A stretch of 60,000 nucleotides of DNA, from contig CM097885.1 of NCBI GenBank assembly GCA_044892525.1, positions 35,776,001 to 35,836,000 of the forward strand. Direction: 5' to 3'. Source of the stretch: Schmidtea polychroa (Eukaryota). Positions 39,041 through 52,900 of this stretch are shown here, one piece after another. The position numbers and the translations under genes are program-made. The notes under the pieces were generated by a model. The model had not been told where the DNA came from and did not search any database. It saw nothing but the letters and a program-made list of their open reading frames with translations. Each line of letters begins with the position of its first letter. The first letter of the stretch is position 1.

Positions 39041-42000
39041 AGTGGTGGAATTCGGCTGGAAAGTATAGGTTCGGGTAAATCGGTTGTTATTATTATTTAT
39101 CGCTTGAACTATTTATTTATTTGAGAGCAAATAATACCCATAATGGATTAATTTTTAATATATATCTACTATATAAAATTAAATAATTGTTATTTCATGT
39201 GACAATCTATTCGTGAAGCATTCAAGTTCACAAGTCCATCATAATCCTTTAGTTAGCGATGTTATGATAAAATACTCCATGTGATCAAATCGGTGTTTAC
39301 AATTTTTGAATTCCGTTATTGGATACAGTTGATCACATAAAAATGGAGATAAAGAAAGTTGAAGGAATTAATACTATCAATAATGCATATGTTCCAGAGA
39401 AAGACCAATGTCTCGAGAAAAGATTATAAAAATAAAAAACTAAAATTATCTTAAATTCTTTTCCTAACTAAAATTTATTTATGTAAAATTTTTTACCGAT
39501 GTCTAACATTTGAATAATATAAACATTACAAGCTTTGTGATACCCAATGCAAATCCCAATAGTAGACTAATTTCGAGCTTTTGGCTCTCATCGGTACAAT
39601 ACAGAAGACGCGAAGTTTTCTCTTCGCGCCAGGTAAGTATACAATATTGCTGATTCAACTCTATTGCATACTTTTCCTGCTACACTTGCAAATTAGCTAA
39701 TTAACAGAAAAAATCTGTAAACTTGTAAACATGGAGTATGAAAAATCATATTCACCTCTGGAGACCAAAAAAATAGTCTATACACAGAAACTGTTTACAA
39801 GTGCATCCATATACCTTTAGCATTTTTAACTTATAATGGTGTAAAAAAATTAATTTGTTGTTCATGCACAGTGTTCAAAAACTTCACCAAATGGAAAAGA
39901 TTTTCCAACAGCAAGTGCAATGGAAGTTTTTTAATATTTGTGTGAATTTTATTTTTATCACTTGGTTTTACTTTTGATTTTCTTTTAATTATTTTTGAAT
40001 TTCATAAATAATTAATTTTCTTAATCGATTTGGTTTCGTGGACAATAAAATAATTTTTTTTAATTTTCATTTTACTCTCAATAATAAAACATAATTTATA
40101 ACATTTATGGTCACATTTTAATTAAGATTTTCAAGAGAGTACAGTTTATTATTTTAAATATGAAATACTATATTTTAACAATTTTTTAAAAATATTTTAA
40201 TGATTTATGTTTTAATTAATATAAAAACAATATTTGCTTGACACTAATTTTCTCAGTGCGCACCGATATCCTTTATGGATGTCATGAAAACTACTTCGAC
40301 AACAATATACCGAAAAATATTTGAAAATGTCATATGCTTTTCTGATTTATATAGCAATAAAGACAATTTTAACCTACATCATTTTCAAATTGAATCTGCT
40401 ATAAACAAATAATTGGGCCATAATATTCACGTTACGTTTTTCGTGGTTGCATAGAAATTACACTAATATTTAATTAACTCAAAATTTTTTGCTCATGTTT
40501 TATAACGATGTTCGTTGATAGAGTCAGACGTATTTCGCTCTTGTCTCCTGATTTTATTGTACACCTTGATAAGTGCGTGTGCATTCATCTACATTTTTCT
40601 GCTTACACCAAATTGAATTTGGAAATGGTGTAAAATCTATTTAAATCTCATATTTGATTTCAATATTTTATTTACAAAAAGTAATAAGTCTAGAAATTCG
40701 GTTAAACGCAAAATTGAACCATAGAATACTAGAAACCATAATTGTAAAAGGAATAATGAAAGCAAATGGGAATTGTGAAGGTGAACTAAATAAAATGAAT
40801 GGTAAAATTGTTCAACAAACAGTTGTTCTAGAATATCTCACAGAGTTAAGAAAGTTTGAAGGAGTTTTCGAGGATGATACGGGAAAATTACAAACAACCC
40901 CATTCTGTAATAAAACAAACTAATTGCGAGGAGATCGATTCTTGTTTATAATGTCAAAACAAATAAGTGTAATTTTGCGCACTTAAAAACTATTAACTTC
41001 AAAGAACAGTAGAACAGTTTAGAGATAGACCGGATAGTTTCATTACGAATTATAGACAAAATAATACTATTAAATCAACCCCAGTATGGACAAAACAAAT
41101 TGGAACAGCTTTAATGTCAACATTACCAGCAGATGACATGCGATTCATAAAAAACGACGTCACCAACAAATGTGGCCGAATGGTATATGTAACAAATTAC
41201 AAAGGCGTCTATGTATCTAGAAATGTTGTGGAAAAGGCGAAAATTAAAATTCACAGAGATGATATTAAACTTACTCATTATTTTAATAATAAAATTGATT
41301 TTTTTTGTTTCATTTTAGTCAAAACATCATGGAAAATGTAAAAAGGGAAATGATTCTAAACGATTGTAAATTAAATAAAGAGATTCTTCTTGTGTCTTTT
41401 TGGTATGTACATCATTGAGCAACTACAAGGAATCTCTCGATCTGAAAAATGGGAAATTAATATAAGGACATCAAGTAGTCAGACAGTGGTACCGACTAGA
41501 ACATAATACCCAACAAATTGTTTAAAATGATTTTTAAAATATTTAGATCTACAAAACCTTTAAGGTTATATCTTTAATGGTAATATCCTAAATGGTTTCG
41601 GAGAATCGTCTTTTAAAAATATTATTAAAAAACCTTCCGGCAGAATTTTAGCATTTTCTCATGAAGACACCTTGAGTACTTTTCCCAAAAAGTTCACATA
41701 TTATTTATTTTTGTCTGGAGTTTGTTCATTGAGTCGAGTTTGATAGGTTTCGTGATTTTTACCAAAAAAATTATATCGAACTTTAGACAAGGAAATTTCT
41801 AAATGTGTTTTCGACACCCAAGAACCACTTTCAAATAAACAACGTAGACAGTCAGAATACAAATAATTTGTTATTGAAGGATTCCTAAGCTGCGGTTTTA
41901 GAGAAGCAAATATGATCAAAAACTTATTGAGATTGACGGGATAGATAATGTTGAGTAAGTAGGGTTTGATTTAATGAGTAGTTATTTAAGAAAACTAATA

Positions 42001-42524
42001 CCAAATACATTATACCAAATATATTTTTTTGAATTTTATCTGATAAAACAATGTTTTCACAAACTCTATACATATGCTCAATAAGTTTTAAAAATTTAAT
42101 TAAAAAACAACTTCAAATAAATAAAATAATTTTTACATTGTTCTCTCTTCATAATTTTGTCATCTTGACATTCATTTACTAAAATATAGGAAAAAAATAT
42201 TAATGCAAAATAAATTAATTACAAAATTATTAAAAATAATAATTAAAAATTATATTTCAAAGATCATATTTAATAATAATTGAAACTTTCATACAAATAA
42301 ACGGAATGGTGTGAATAAAATGACAAAAATAATTTGGGATTCACAAATAATAAGATGTGACACATTAAACTAAAATATTAATTCATACCCTACAAAATGC
42401 TGAAGCCATAGGGTGCAATTCTAGTATCAAAATGTGCTAACCAAGGTTTTATTTTTGTGTAATGGATAATAGTGAACAGTGTTATATGATAAAATCTGGA
42501 GTTTAGTGTGATAAATATACTTAC

Positions 42525-42836
42525 TGTTTCGCTTTAAACAAATAAATATCGTTGCCTGATGGTTCTCTGATTTCTCGTATTCTAAATAAGAATAACAAAG
42601 TCCATCTAGTATATTATGGAATTCAACCTCTTGTAACCAAATATCGAGACTTTTTACAGTGCAATGAGAACATTCACCCTCAATAAATACATAACAAAAA
42701 ATTCTAACCTCTTCTTCGGAACTTACTGTCAGTTTTCTTTTATCTATTTTCTGTTTGTGACTGAAAGTCAAACTCATAATTTTGATTTTGTGTGGGTTTA
42801 TAGACTGTTTCAGAATGATAAAATTTCGCTTAGACT
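42525..42836 (-). CDS. Orphan gene, exon 2
   Basis: CCTAG acceptor, open frame of about 104 codons, GTAAGT donor at 42524. The phase-1 junction joins exon 3 as LKRN-I-RWKEF. Confidence 0.65.
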
Positions 42837-42865
42837 CTAGGTGATTTTATATTTAGGAAAATAAC

Positions 42866-42914
42866 CCAACAAATAACTAGATACACATTCTGAATAATCT
42901 GATACAAATTTCAT
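42866..42914 (-). CDS. Orphan gene, candidate first exon (MKFVSDYSECVSSYLL)
   Basis: ATG at 42914. Requires a 29-nt GT-AG intron at 42837-42865; phase is compatible. Confidence 0.4.
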
Positions 42915-43157
42915 CGTGATTTTACTCGAAAATTGTGCTATAAAAGTAAAATAACGAATTATTTACTAAAATCAAAATATTTGAAATTATGAAATTTCGA
43001 TTTTCAAACATTTGTTACATTTTTCTCTGCTAAGCAATGAATCGGTATGGTGTCTTAATTTGGCAACCGTAACTTAAAACTCGGTTGGCTCTTTGTAAAC
43101 TAGGTTGGGTATTATTTATGTCCATGGAAAGTTGTTGGAATTGCTTTTAGAGATTAA

Positions 43158-43901
43158 TGTTAGGCAAAAACTGACTTTAGGTGGAGGCATAAGCAACGTG
43201 ACGAAATGCGTCGGAATATAACACGCAAACATAACATCAAGTCGAGTCAAATTCAAACAGCCTCAAACAACAACTAAATAATTAAACAGAATTCACTTAA
43301 CACCAAAATAATAAACCCAAAAGTAAAACTAATATGAAACAAAAACAAGAAGTAACACATTAAATGAACTCCAACACGACATAGATACATACCAGAAGTA
43401 AGCAAATTTGAATTACTGTCGACAAGTAGATGTAGGAATGGAAATTAGAAAGATTTCCACAAAATAACATAAAAAATGAATTAAAGATAAAATAAGAATA
43501 AAATAGATAAAAAAGATAAAATAAACAGAAAAACTAGAATATCCCGTAAAAATGTAGAAATCCATCATGGCCGCCAAGTAATTTAGCAAAGTTAACTAAA
43601 AAATAAACATTTATTAATTAAATTAGCAAAAAGCAAAAGGAAATAACATAAGAATAACAAGAAAATGAGAATTATAAATTAAAATATCTGAAACAACATA
43701 GAATATTCTGGAAAACGCCCATATTCATCCTGGAGGCAAATTTAATAAAAAATAATTAAAATATAAAATTTAAAAAAAAATTAATCATAATTTATAAGAA
43801 ATCACCATCAACATTGACAAAAATTAGAATTCAAAATTATATAGAATTCAAATAATTTTGTTTTACTGAATAAATGCACGCACACAAACTCGCACACCAA
43901 A
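43158..43901. mobile_element. Solo-LTR-like repeat, diverged relative of 27727-28408
   Basis: Starts TGTTAGGC; shares colinear blocks with 27727-28408. Confidence 0.6.
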
Positions 43902-43905
43902 ATTA

Positions 43906-44121
<216 letters not shown>

Positions 44122-45329
44122 TTCAGTCACAAAACACATGATATTATACCAACAATGTTGTCAGGAAATTGACAAGTATGGGTAACTTTTATTTATGTGT
44201 CATTTCATGAATTGTTACTTATTATGGTATTTTGAGAATATAGGGTTGAGCATAATCATTGTTTTGGTTTTCAATTTTTTTTGAACAAGCGAAATTGTTT
44301 TCAACACTAAATTACTTATTTTTCAGACCCACAGCCAACCACTTATATAAGTTAATAAAATGAATACCAACCAGGAATGATAGTTGTACTGTGACGTGTA
44401 TACGGAGCAATTTTACCAACCTGTTTATTAGGAACTTCTTGGTGAAATGTGTGGATAATGATCAGCATTGACCTTGTCTACATGTGGTGTCAATGTAAAT
44501 AATTAAATCGACCGAGACCATGTCAAACATTTAGTTCGTGCGTAGCTCCAAGGTCTTGACATAACACTAAGAGTTTAACGTATCCGAGTCCAGTGGACCG
44601 GTGCGATGGACAATTTTATTAACTAATGCAACAGACTCATAGCGCATAACGACCTCACACCAAAATCACATTTAAATACAATAATAATAAGACACTAAGT
44701 GTTCGCTTCTCAAACGTCCAGTGGGCTGAGAGAAAGAGCATTCTAACAAAAATTAACGCAAAATCATCACCACATACAATGAAGATTAGAATTGTTTCAA
44801 CATTAATGAATAATTGCAGATTATCATGCTTTAATAAACAAAAATAATGACAGATCCCTATCAAAAATCTTTAAACCCTCAATTTTAACTTTGATTTTGC
44901 GACATGTGTTCAGGAAATAAGAACGGAACTAGATAGACTAGAGAGCTTCCGACAATTTGGGAAGGAGGAACACAAGTCGAATATGCGGTGGAAACCTTAA
45001 ATAGTTTACCGATAACAAAAGCAGTATTTACGGGAACAATACAGGATTCTTAAGGTATTTCCTTACAATTTCGCCAAAAGCCTTGAAGTTCTGCAAGAGA
45101 CTAGAGAGCTTCCAACAATTTGGGAAGGAGGGACACAAGTCGAATATGATAAAGCAGTCAACATATAGTCCAAAACCGGATGTGAAGCACTTTTTGGTTA
45201 CATGATGGTATATCTGAAATTGGGCATATATCTGTTGACAGATTACTTTCAACAATTCAAAAGGAAAATATTAGCACATAATAGATTGGAACCATTGTAT
45301 TTTTTTCGAAATTCCAATAATGTTGTAGG

Positions 45330-46270
45330 CATCTTCATTGAAGTCTTTGGATAGACCCATTGAATTGATACGGGACAATGAGATGCACAATTATTATGAA
45401 GCTGGAATTTCATTAACAAAAATTAAATAAAGTGAGGTGAAAATGCAGAATTATTATATATCGATATAAATAATCTGTATGGATGGCCGCTTTGTCATAG
45501 TTTGCCATATGAACATTTTCAATGGATGCATGAAAATTTGGAAAATATATTACAAAAATGTAAGTAAGCAGATCTAGAGAATCATGAATAGGGATATACG
45601 TCGGAAGTTTACATGACTATTCCAGATTAAGTTCATGATTTAACTGTTGCACCGGAAAAATTGTGTCCAGAAGGAACAAAGGTAAAGAAGTTTTTACTGA
45701 CACATCACCCGAAGAAAAACTATACAATTTATTGGAGATTATTGAAAATTTATATGATTTTGGGTGTGGAAGTAACAAATATACATCAGGCAATCAAATT
45801 TAAACTGTCAACAATTTTCAAGGAATATCTGGAAATCAACTCTAAATTCAAGAAATCAATCAAGATCCGAATTGTAAAAAGGATATTATAAGTTATTAAA
45901 CAATAACTAATATGGCAAAACGATTGAGAATATAAAGAAGATGAAAATTTTGAGATTATACAATTCTCAACGGAAAATGGTAACATTCTCCTCAAAACTA
46001 ACCTTCAGGAGAAGCATAAAGATTGCGGAAAATTCAATAGTTGCAATTAAGAACCAGGAATGTGTATATTTTAATAGACCATCATATATTGGGCAAGCAG
46101 TTATAGACCTATCCAAACGAATAATGTACGAGCTCCAATATATAGAACTTCGAAAGTATCGGGAACAGTTCAATAGTGAAATTAACATAGCAGCTGGAGG
46201 AACCAACTCATTCTTTTTGGAAATTAATAATCTCAAACTGGAAACATTATTAGAGACTATGATCGCGGGC
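45330..46270 (+). pseudogene. Decayed Polinton/Maverick (adintovirus-type) protein-primed family B DNA polymerase
   Basis: PIELIRDNEMHNYYEAGI, YIDINNLYGW...SLPYEHFQW, YKLLNNN*YGKTIENI and FNRPSYIGQAVIDLSKRIMYE correspond to the pPolB motifs DxNNLYG, KxxxNxxYGK and KPIYVG..ILDLSK. Many stops and frameshifts. Confidence 0.88.
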
Positions 46271-47852
46271 AAGCAGTATCTAATTCGAGGTCAAAAGGTA
46301 GTCAAGTTGGAGCTGTTTGGGCGACTGCCCAATTGAAAGTCGCTTTCTTTTAGTAGGACTTAGATGTTGATTTATAACATAGACCCTTGATGTATGATCT
46401 TAGAGGGATACCCAACTACCTCTCGGTCTAGTAGTGATTTTGAGAAGATTGAGGTAGTTATAAAATACTGCGTCATAAAAGATGAGAACAAGTTAAATGT
46501 AGGGGAATCAGTCAAATCACGCCACTTATTCTTTTTCGGAATAAAGCTAACGAAAACGAATAATTAGACTCCAAGCATTATCCAGCAGCGGGGAAGCTGA
46601 TCTATATAAGATATGAAATGAATTCCACGATATCCCTGATCACTAGTTAAATTCAGCCACGTTTTAGACTAATAAAGTTAAATTTTCGGTGACAGGATGA
46701 TGGTCTTAAGCCAGGCGGCACCATTAATTAAACAAACAATTTGAAGACCAAAGTCTCTGACGATTTGAATAACAAATTATGTCGATGCCACTCTCACACA
46801 TGTCAAGATAAGTGATTTTACTTTCTAAAAGAAATGGGTGATCGAAATTTTAATTTATTAAATTGTATTTTCGTAATTACATTATCTAAGGACTCGTTGT
46901 CAATTTAAAATTATTATATTCATCTTTAACATTCCATTTGCTAAATTTTCATTTGAAGAAAATTATTTTTTAAATTCCAAAAATTTCTTTAATTAATTTT
47001 TGTACTTAGATTTTCAAATCGATTCTACATTTAAATTTTATTTAACTAGTCTTTCATTTAAAAATCTTATATTTACAATGTCCTTCGAAAATTAGGATTC
47101 ACCTATATTTAATTTGAAATTCTCTTTTTAAAATGCATTTATCTTAATTTCTCAATAATAACTCTTTACGAAGTACTTTATTTACATCTGTTCTGCCTCT
47201 AAGTTATTTTTAAAATTTTTATTTCAAAGATTAAGTAATTATTGATTTTCTGTGTGAAAATATAAATAAATTAATTAATTAAATAAATAAAAGTAATATA
47301 AAATATTAAACGATGTATGTTGTAGATTAATGTGGTATGCAAATTCCTTATACTTAAATTACTCGACTTTGAATAAAAATCCTCGTGAAGATTTGTTTAA
47401 AATTTGTAAACAATTGCATTGTTTTGAATTTAATAAATATTAGTATTTGATTATGGCTGTAACTGCACAATTTTGTTTTTCTGATACTATTTTGATACAA
47501 TTCCTTGATATTAACAATGACTCAAATTTTTTCTGTCTTTAATTTATTTCAAATAACTATAGTGATAAAAATGATGTTTTTAACTTTTTGTGTAAAATAT
47601 TTTGAATTGTTTATTATGTAAAAATTATAAATGGTAGCCATAAAGTTTCAAAGATAAATTTAAAATATAATTAAGAAAAAATGAATAGAATAAAGAATAA
47701 TTTTTACATTGATCTCCAATCTCTTCATTCTGACCTCTTTTTAAAATATAACAAAAATAAATGTAATTGTAAAATCAATAAATTATAAATATATATATAT
47801 ATATAATTAACGTTAATCATGAATTAAAGGGTTAAAAAATATTAATGTAACC

Positions 47853-48065
47853 TTAATTACCTGATTCGATATTCAAATTCAAAGCTTTTATTAAGATATT
47901 TTTGTCAGATTCCGATAAATTAGATTTATTGATAACTTGTATAGACAAAAAGGGTAACATATCCACTGAATCATAATTTGCAGTTATCAAGTAGATTTTT
48001 ATACTATTCGGAATTTCATTTTGGACAATCCACTTCTCAAATCTTATTTTAGGGTCAGCAGACAT
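47853..48065 (-). CDS. 70-aa single-exon ORF, SAM-domain-like
   Basis: FEKWIVQNEI...YLITANYDSVDMLPFLSIQVINKSNLSESDKNILIKAL follows SAM helix spacing. CCAAT and TATA-like elements lie upstream. Confidence 0.5.
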   Translation of the reverse strand: MSADPKIRFEKWIVQNEIPNSIKIYLITANYDSVDMLPFLSIQVINKSNLSESDKNILIKALNLNIESGN

Positions 48066-48106
48066 TGAATAAAGTAAAATTAATAATCAGGACAATTTTA
48101 ACTTAC

Positions 48107-48132
48107 TATAAATATAAAGAATTTGATTGGCT
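48107..48132 (-). promoter_or_regulatory. CCAAT box (AGCCAATCA) and TATA-like element upstream of the SAM-like ORF
   Basis: Minus strand reads AGCCAATCAAATTCTTTATATTTATAG, about 40-65 bp before the ATG. Confidence 0.3.
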
Positions 48133-48304
48133 AATAGTTATTGATTGTGGATACAGTTATCATGGTTATTAATTAATGTCTATTTATGCAATATAATTGC
48201 AGTTGTAGACAGGTTTTCAATTCATTAAATTATTAACAATATAATAACAATATTTTTATTTTCTTATTTTATTAGAATTGAATTAATTCAACTGTGCTCA
48301 ATAG

Positions 48305-48785
48305 CAGTGCTTTCCAACCTTTTCATGCTTGTGACACGCTTTTTAGACTTCCATCATTTCGCGACACAGCAAATCAGTTTTACCAGAAAACCAGACGTCA
48401 TACAACTTACGCCATATGGTAAACCGTTATACAAGAGACAATAAAACATTTAAATATAAATATCGAAATAAATGGCAGAAAAGGATAGTTCATGACTGAA
48501 AACAAGATTTAATGTGGATGGTATAAGTAAAAATATGTAATTAATTAAGAATTAAAAAATTTGAATAACGCCAATATATATTTACAATTTTTATGAGATA
48601 TTTGAGCTGGATGGGAAGAACACAACCTTTGAATATTTGATGGAATGAGACTCGCATTTCGTCATCAAGCATTTTTAAGCTTTAATCGTTAGAAAGGTTA
48701 TAAAATTAAGGGACCCTGTGGCTTTTCATTATGTTCACGCGACACACCTATGCAGCGCTGCCGACACACCAGTTGGAAAGCTCTG
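48305..48785 (-). mobile_element. Non-autonomous hAT-Charlie/Buster element
   Basis: TIR CAGTGCTTTCCAAC / GTTGGAAAGCTCTG. Flanks CTCAATAG and ATCTATAG match at 6 of 8 positions. Internal remnant DDEMRVS...IQRLCSSHPAQISH. Confidence 0.85.
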
Positions 48786-48819
48786 ATCTATAGTAATAAA
48801 CAAACAAATTTTATAAACA

Positions 48820-49260
48820 TATACCTGCTTATTTGCAAATATTGTAATTATGTCACAATTTAACTCCTTGGATAACACGGATTCGGTAGCTAAAGTATCG
48901 AAGATATTTAAACGATTTTGGCACAGTAGATCTCAATACATGTTCACTGTTACCAATATGCTAAATGATCGTTCCGCTTGAGCTACGTTAACGGGTATCT
49001 TGCAAATATTCTTAACGCAATGCAGATATTTGGCAACATTGTTTCTATTCGTACTTCTTTAATTTTGTTTATTAAATTTATAGAAAACAACTGATTTTCA
49101 CGAAATGTGGCTTGGTATATGCTTTTAAAATGTTTGAGCTGATGTATATTTATTACACAAGTCATTACCATTTTGTATTAAAGCGTCAACATGAATTCTT
49201 AGGTAATTCCACAAAAATTCGAATGAACAACATATTTCATACCAATAACAAAAGCTTTTG
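48820..49260 (-). mobile_element. hAT-Tip100/Zaphod-type transposase C-terminal remnant
   Basis: LPNICIALRIF and, after a frameshift, IPVNVAQAERSFSIL...LRST. Confidence 0.75.
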
Positions 49261-49722
49261 TAAGTAGAGATTGTGCTCTAGAATTTGCATTATTTTGGAT
49301 TTCTCATTCTCGAGAATTGTTATTTTCGAGACTCTGATTTCTCGAGAATTCTTTTAAAATTCACACAAACATAATTAGCTGTAATTATACACAACAAAAT
49401 CATTCAAAAATGTGGTAATTTCGAGTTTTTTTAAAAAAATAGTCCCATAATGAACACAGAGAAATTACAATAAAAACTTTAATAATTTTATTCAACAACT
49501 AGAAAACAAAGAGTTTATACGGAATTTGTTTCTTTTCGTTTTGACTGACATAATACATTTGAATTTTGTGATTTTGGGTTGGGGTGTCGGACACTAGAAA
49601 TTTATTTCAAAATATAGATTTGCAATATTTTAGTTTCCTGGGAATATTTCCTGTGATATTTGAAATATTATTATTCTATAAATCTCAATTTGTTATTTTT
49701 ATTAATTTGATGTACCAGTTAA

Positions 49723-49951
49723 CACTAGATTTACGGAACCCGTCAATTTGACGGATTTAATTTTTAAAATTAAAAATACAAGAGAAATATTATTATTTCC
49801 AAATTTTTTACGTTGCTTATTAATGATACAATGATAGACGAATATATCACTATCTTTTTTGTCGCCCTTTTAGTTTAGCGTGAAATGTGTTGTATATACC
49901 TATTTTTACGGACACCCGTCAAATTGTCATTTAATGTCAGTAAATCTAGTG
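49723..49951. mobile_element. piggyBac-like MITE, 229 bp
   Basis: TTAA on both sides, TIR CACTAGATTTAC, subterminal CCGTCAA(T/A)TTG motifs. Confidence 0.85.
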
Positions 49952-52900
49952 TTAACCGATATTGCAATCCCTGGCCGTGTCATGAAAAAGGATGTCAACA
50001 TTGCATAAGAATTAATCAAAATTTATTTGATTAAATTAGAGATAGAAAATCAATAAATTGTTGGAGAAAAGAGATGTACCAACGGCCATGAATAAGAAGA
50101 AAATTCGAATAACTTTTATAGAACAGGTGTCACATAAAAACTCATAAAAACGCAATTAATTATTTGATTAATTAATTAAGTTAAAAATTATTAATTATCA
50201 AAGTTTGATAAAAAAATTTGTTGTGACAATTGTTCTAAATTTTAATTTAATTATTAAGGAAAACCTCAGTACCCTAATGACTTTTTATCATGGGTCGGGA
50301 GTTTGCTTACATAAACTCACGTGCAGTTGTTTTGAAAAAAGTTTCAATTATTGAGTCTGTTGGGTTTTTGCTAATTCAAGTCGGTAACCTCTGACTCCTC
50401 GTGTCCTTTAAATCAAAACAAACTACCCAACGTATATTTGAATCACAAAAATATATATTTCTCTCAACAATAAATAATCCATAACCAAAGTTCACGTTTG
50501 ACCGCTCGGTGTTGATGCTTTGTTAAAAGATAATATTCACCTTTTTATTTCTTAGTTTCTCTAGACCAACATTTTCCTTTTCTATTTGATTTGATTCTTT
50601 TTCAATCTTTCGTATCTCCTATTCTATATTTTCTTTTTCCCTAATCTCATTAATTCGTCTTTATCGTTTGCTTATTCTCGTTTTCTTCTAACCCTAACTG
50701 AGGAAAAATGCCGATTATTTTGAATTTTGACTTTGCTTTTTTACTAGCATAAATACTTTCATTAATCGGTTTTTGACCTGATTGCTCCTTTCTGCCAATG
50801 GTTTGACAACCGGCTATTTGAACATTGTTTGCACCATATCCTGATTAATTGGTTCTCTTTGTTATTCCTTCATAATAGTCCTGTCATAATAATAGCCTTC
50901 CGAGTTTCTCATTTTGTTTACTTTTCATGTTAATCGATCTCCGGTTTATTCATCTCTGGGGTTCTCCATTGGCTCGGGTTTTCTATTAGTCAATTAATTA
51001 ATTAATTAACGATTTTCTGTTTTAACACATTTGAGTGCTTTTCGACCCTTTCTAACCATTTTCTGATAAATCCCTAATCATCATCTTGTTGACCATTAGC
51101 TAATCTATACCTGTCCCGTTTTCCCATTTCAATTTCGATAACTTTACAATTTATTGATTTTTTTCGGATTTCCGGATTCTTGCTTTTCGCAACTGCTTTT
51201 GCCATTTCCTAATACTGCTTCCATTTTACTATCAATTCTGTGTGTGATCACGCTTTTATTTGTCTTTTTCCTTCACCTACTTTTTATTTAATTTTTCAAC
51301 CTAAATTTATTTAAATTTATTTTAATTTATTGACCTCAACAAAGTCTAAGTATTGTAATAGTTATGACGAAGAGCCAAATTTTCAAATATGCTACAGAAA
51401 ACTTTATAATACCCAAAATTTTATATAATTTCATTAAGATTTCCTTGGCAAACAATATGAACTTAAGAAACGACACAACTGTGCAAGGAAAATAAATACT
51501 TAATAGGCATTAATTTTTCCTACATGAGTCTAACAATGTAAATATTGGAAAATGTACATAAGAAGGATTAAAATCAAGAGGATTTTTAATAGTGAAAAAT
51601 TATAAACACAAAAAATAATTTGATTTATATACAATTTTAAATGATTTTCAAAATTTGATCCATATTTTAAGGTTTCTGAGCTGCCAATACGCGTTACCAA
51701 TGAAGATATGGTTGATTAATTATAAAGTTTTTGATTAAATGGTTAAAATTGTTAACTACATTAAAAAGGTTTAATAAATTATCATATATTCAATACAGTT
51801 TTCCAAGAAATGACTGGTGTAAAGTAATTGTGATGGGATATTCGATCTAGATTTATATATTGTAACCACTTAAATTATTATGTATGAAAGGCTTACAAGA
51901 TTGCTTGACGAAAATTAAAAGGCTAACTGTAAATTAATCCCAATCCCAAACAGTGGGAATGAAAGAAAAACATATGTATATATAAATAATGCGTTGTTAG
52001 CATACAGAAACAAACAAACCTTCTAGTGTGGGAAAATTATTTAGTTAACTTCTAGAAATTTTATGGACGCGTATCATTAGGTATTTCATGTGGGTATGTT
52101 TCCATGACCAACTGTTTTTTATGTTTCTACATTTTTAGTAGTAAAATTCTTTGACTTTCGGTGGATTTATAAACTCAGAAGTTTTATCAAAGTGTTTTGT
52201 CTTAGCTTTTTTAAGGCAATATTTTTTAATGTGTGTTTAATTTGAGCCAAATATTTTAAAATTTTTTTGTGGGTGTATTCTTATCAAAAAAGATTGTTAG
52301 AGAATTACAAAGTTAATTAAAGTTAGTTGTCTTATTAATAATTTGCTTAAAAAGTCCTTAAACGAAAACTTGTCCATAAAACCATTGCACCAGCTGACAT
52401 GCCTATAAATTACGCGTGCACTAGTTAAGACCTTGCTGATTTATTTTTTGACTTACAGCAATTGCACGTATAAATTTTTTCTACGCATTAGAAGAAATCG
52501 ATAATTTTCTATTCTAGCCACACTTGACGATGTAAAAAAATAATTTAAATGTCATTAATATTCAGGGCCGGTCCTAGTGAAGGGTTAAAACGTTTGATAA
52601 TATATGTTAATATATGTTAAATATACGTGGGTGGCTAATTTCTAGAGGCGGCCGATTCAATAAAATTTTAATTTCCAATAACAATTTAGTATGTGTTTGA
52701 ATACTGTCTGTGAATCTGCGATGGAAACAAGTCATGAACTGTTTTTTTCTGATTGCATATTGTGGTATTATATGATTTTTTAATTTTAAGATTAGCGTTT
52801 TTAATGCATTTTTATTTTTTGATCGCATGTTGCGTGTGGGGTTAGAAAAACAAAATAAAACTATATAGCGATAATTTACAATAATTACTGTAAATTATCG

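Noticed and set aside
39040..39920. hAT 5' end with a TTF-type zinc-finger remnant
   Set aside because: The CAGTGGTGGAATTC start is suggestive, but there is no partner TIR and the translation is too decayed to support a call.
49279..49973. hAT MITE enclosing the piggyBac MITE
   Set aside because: The right TIR TGCAATCCCTG is present, but the left TIR is degenerate and I found no 8-bp TSD.
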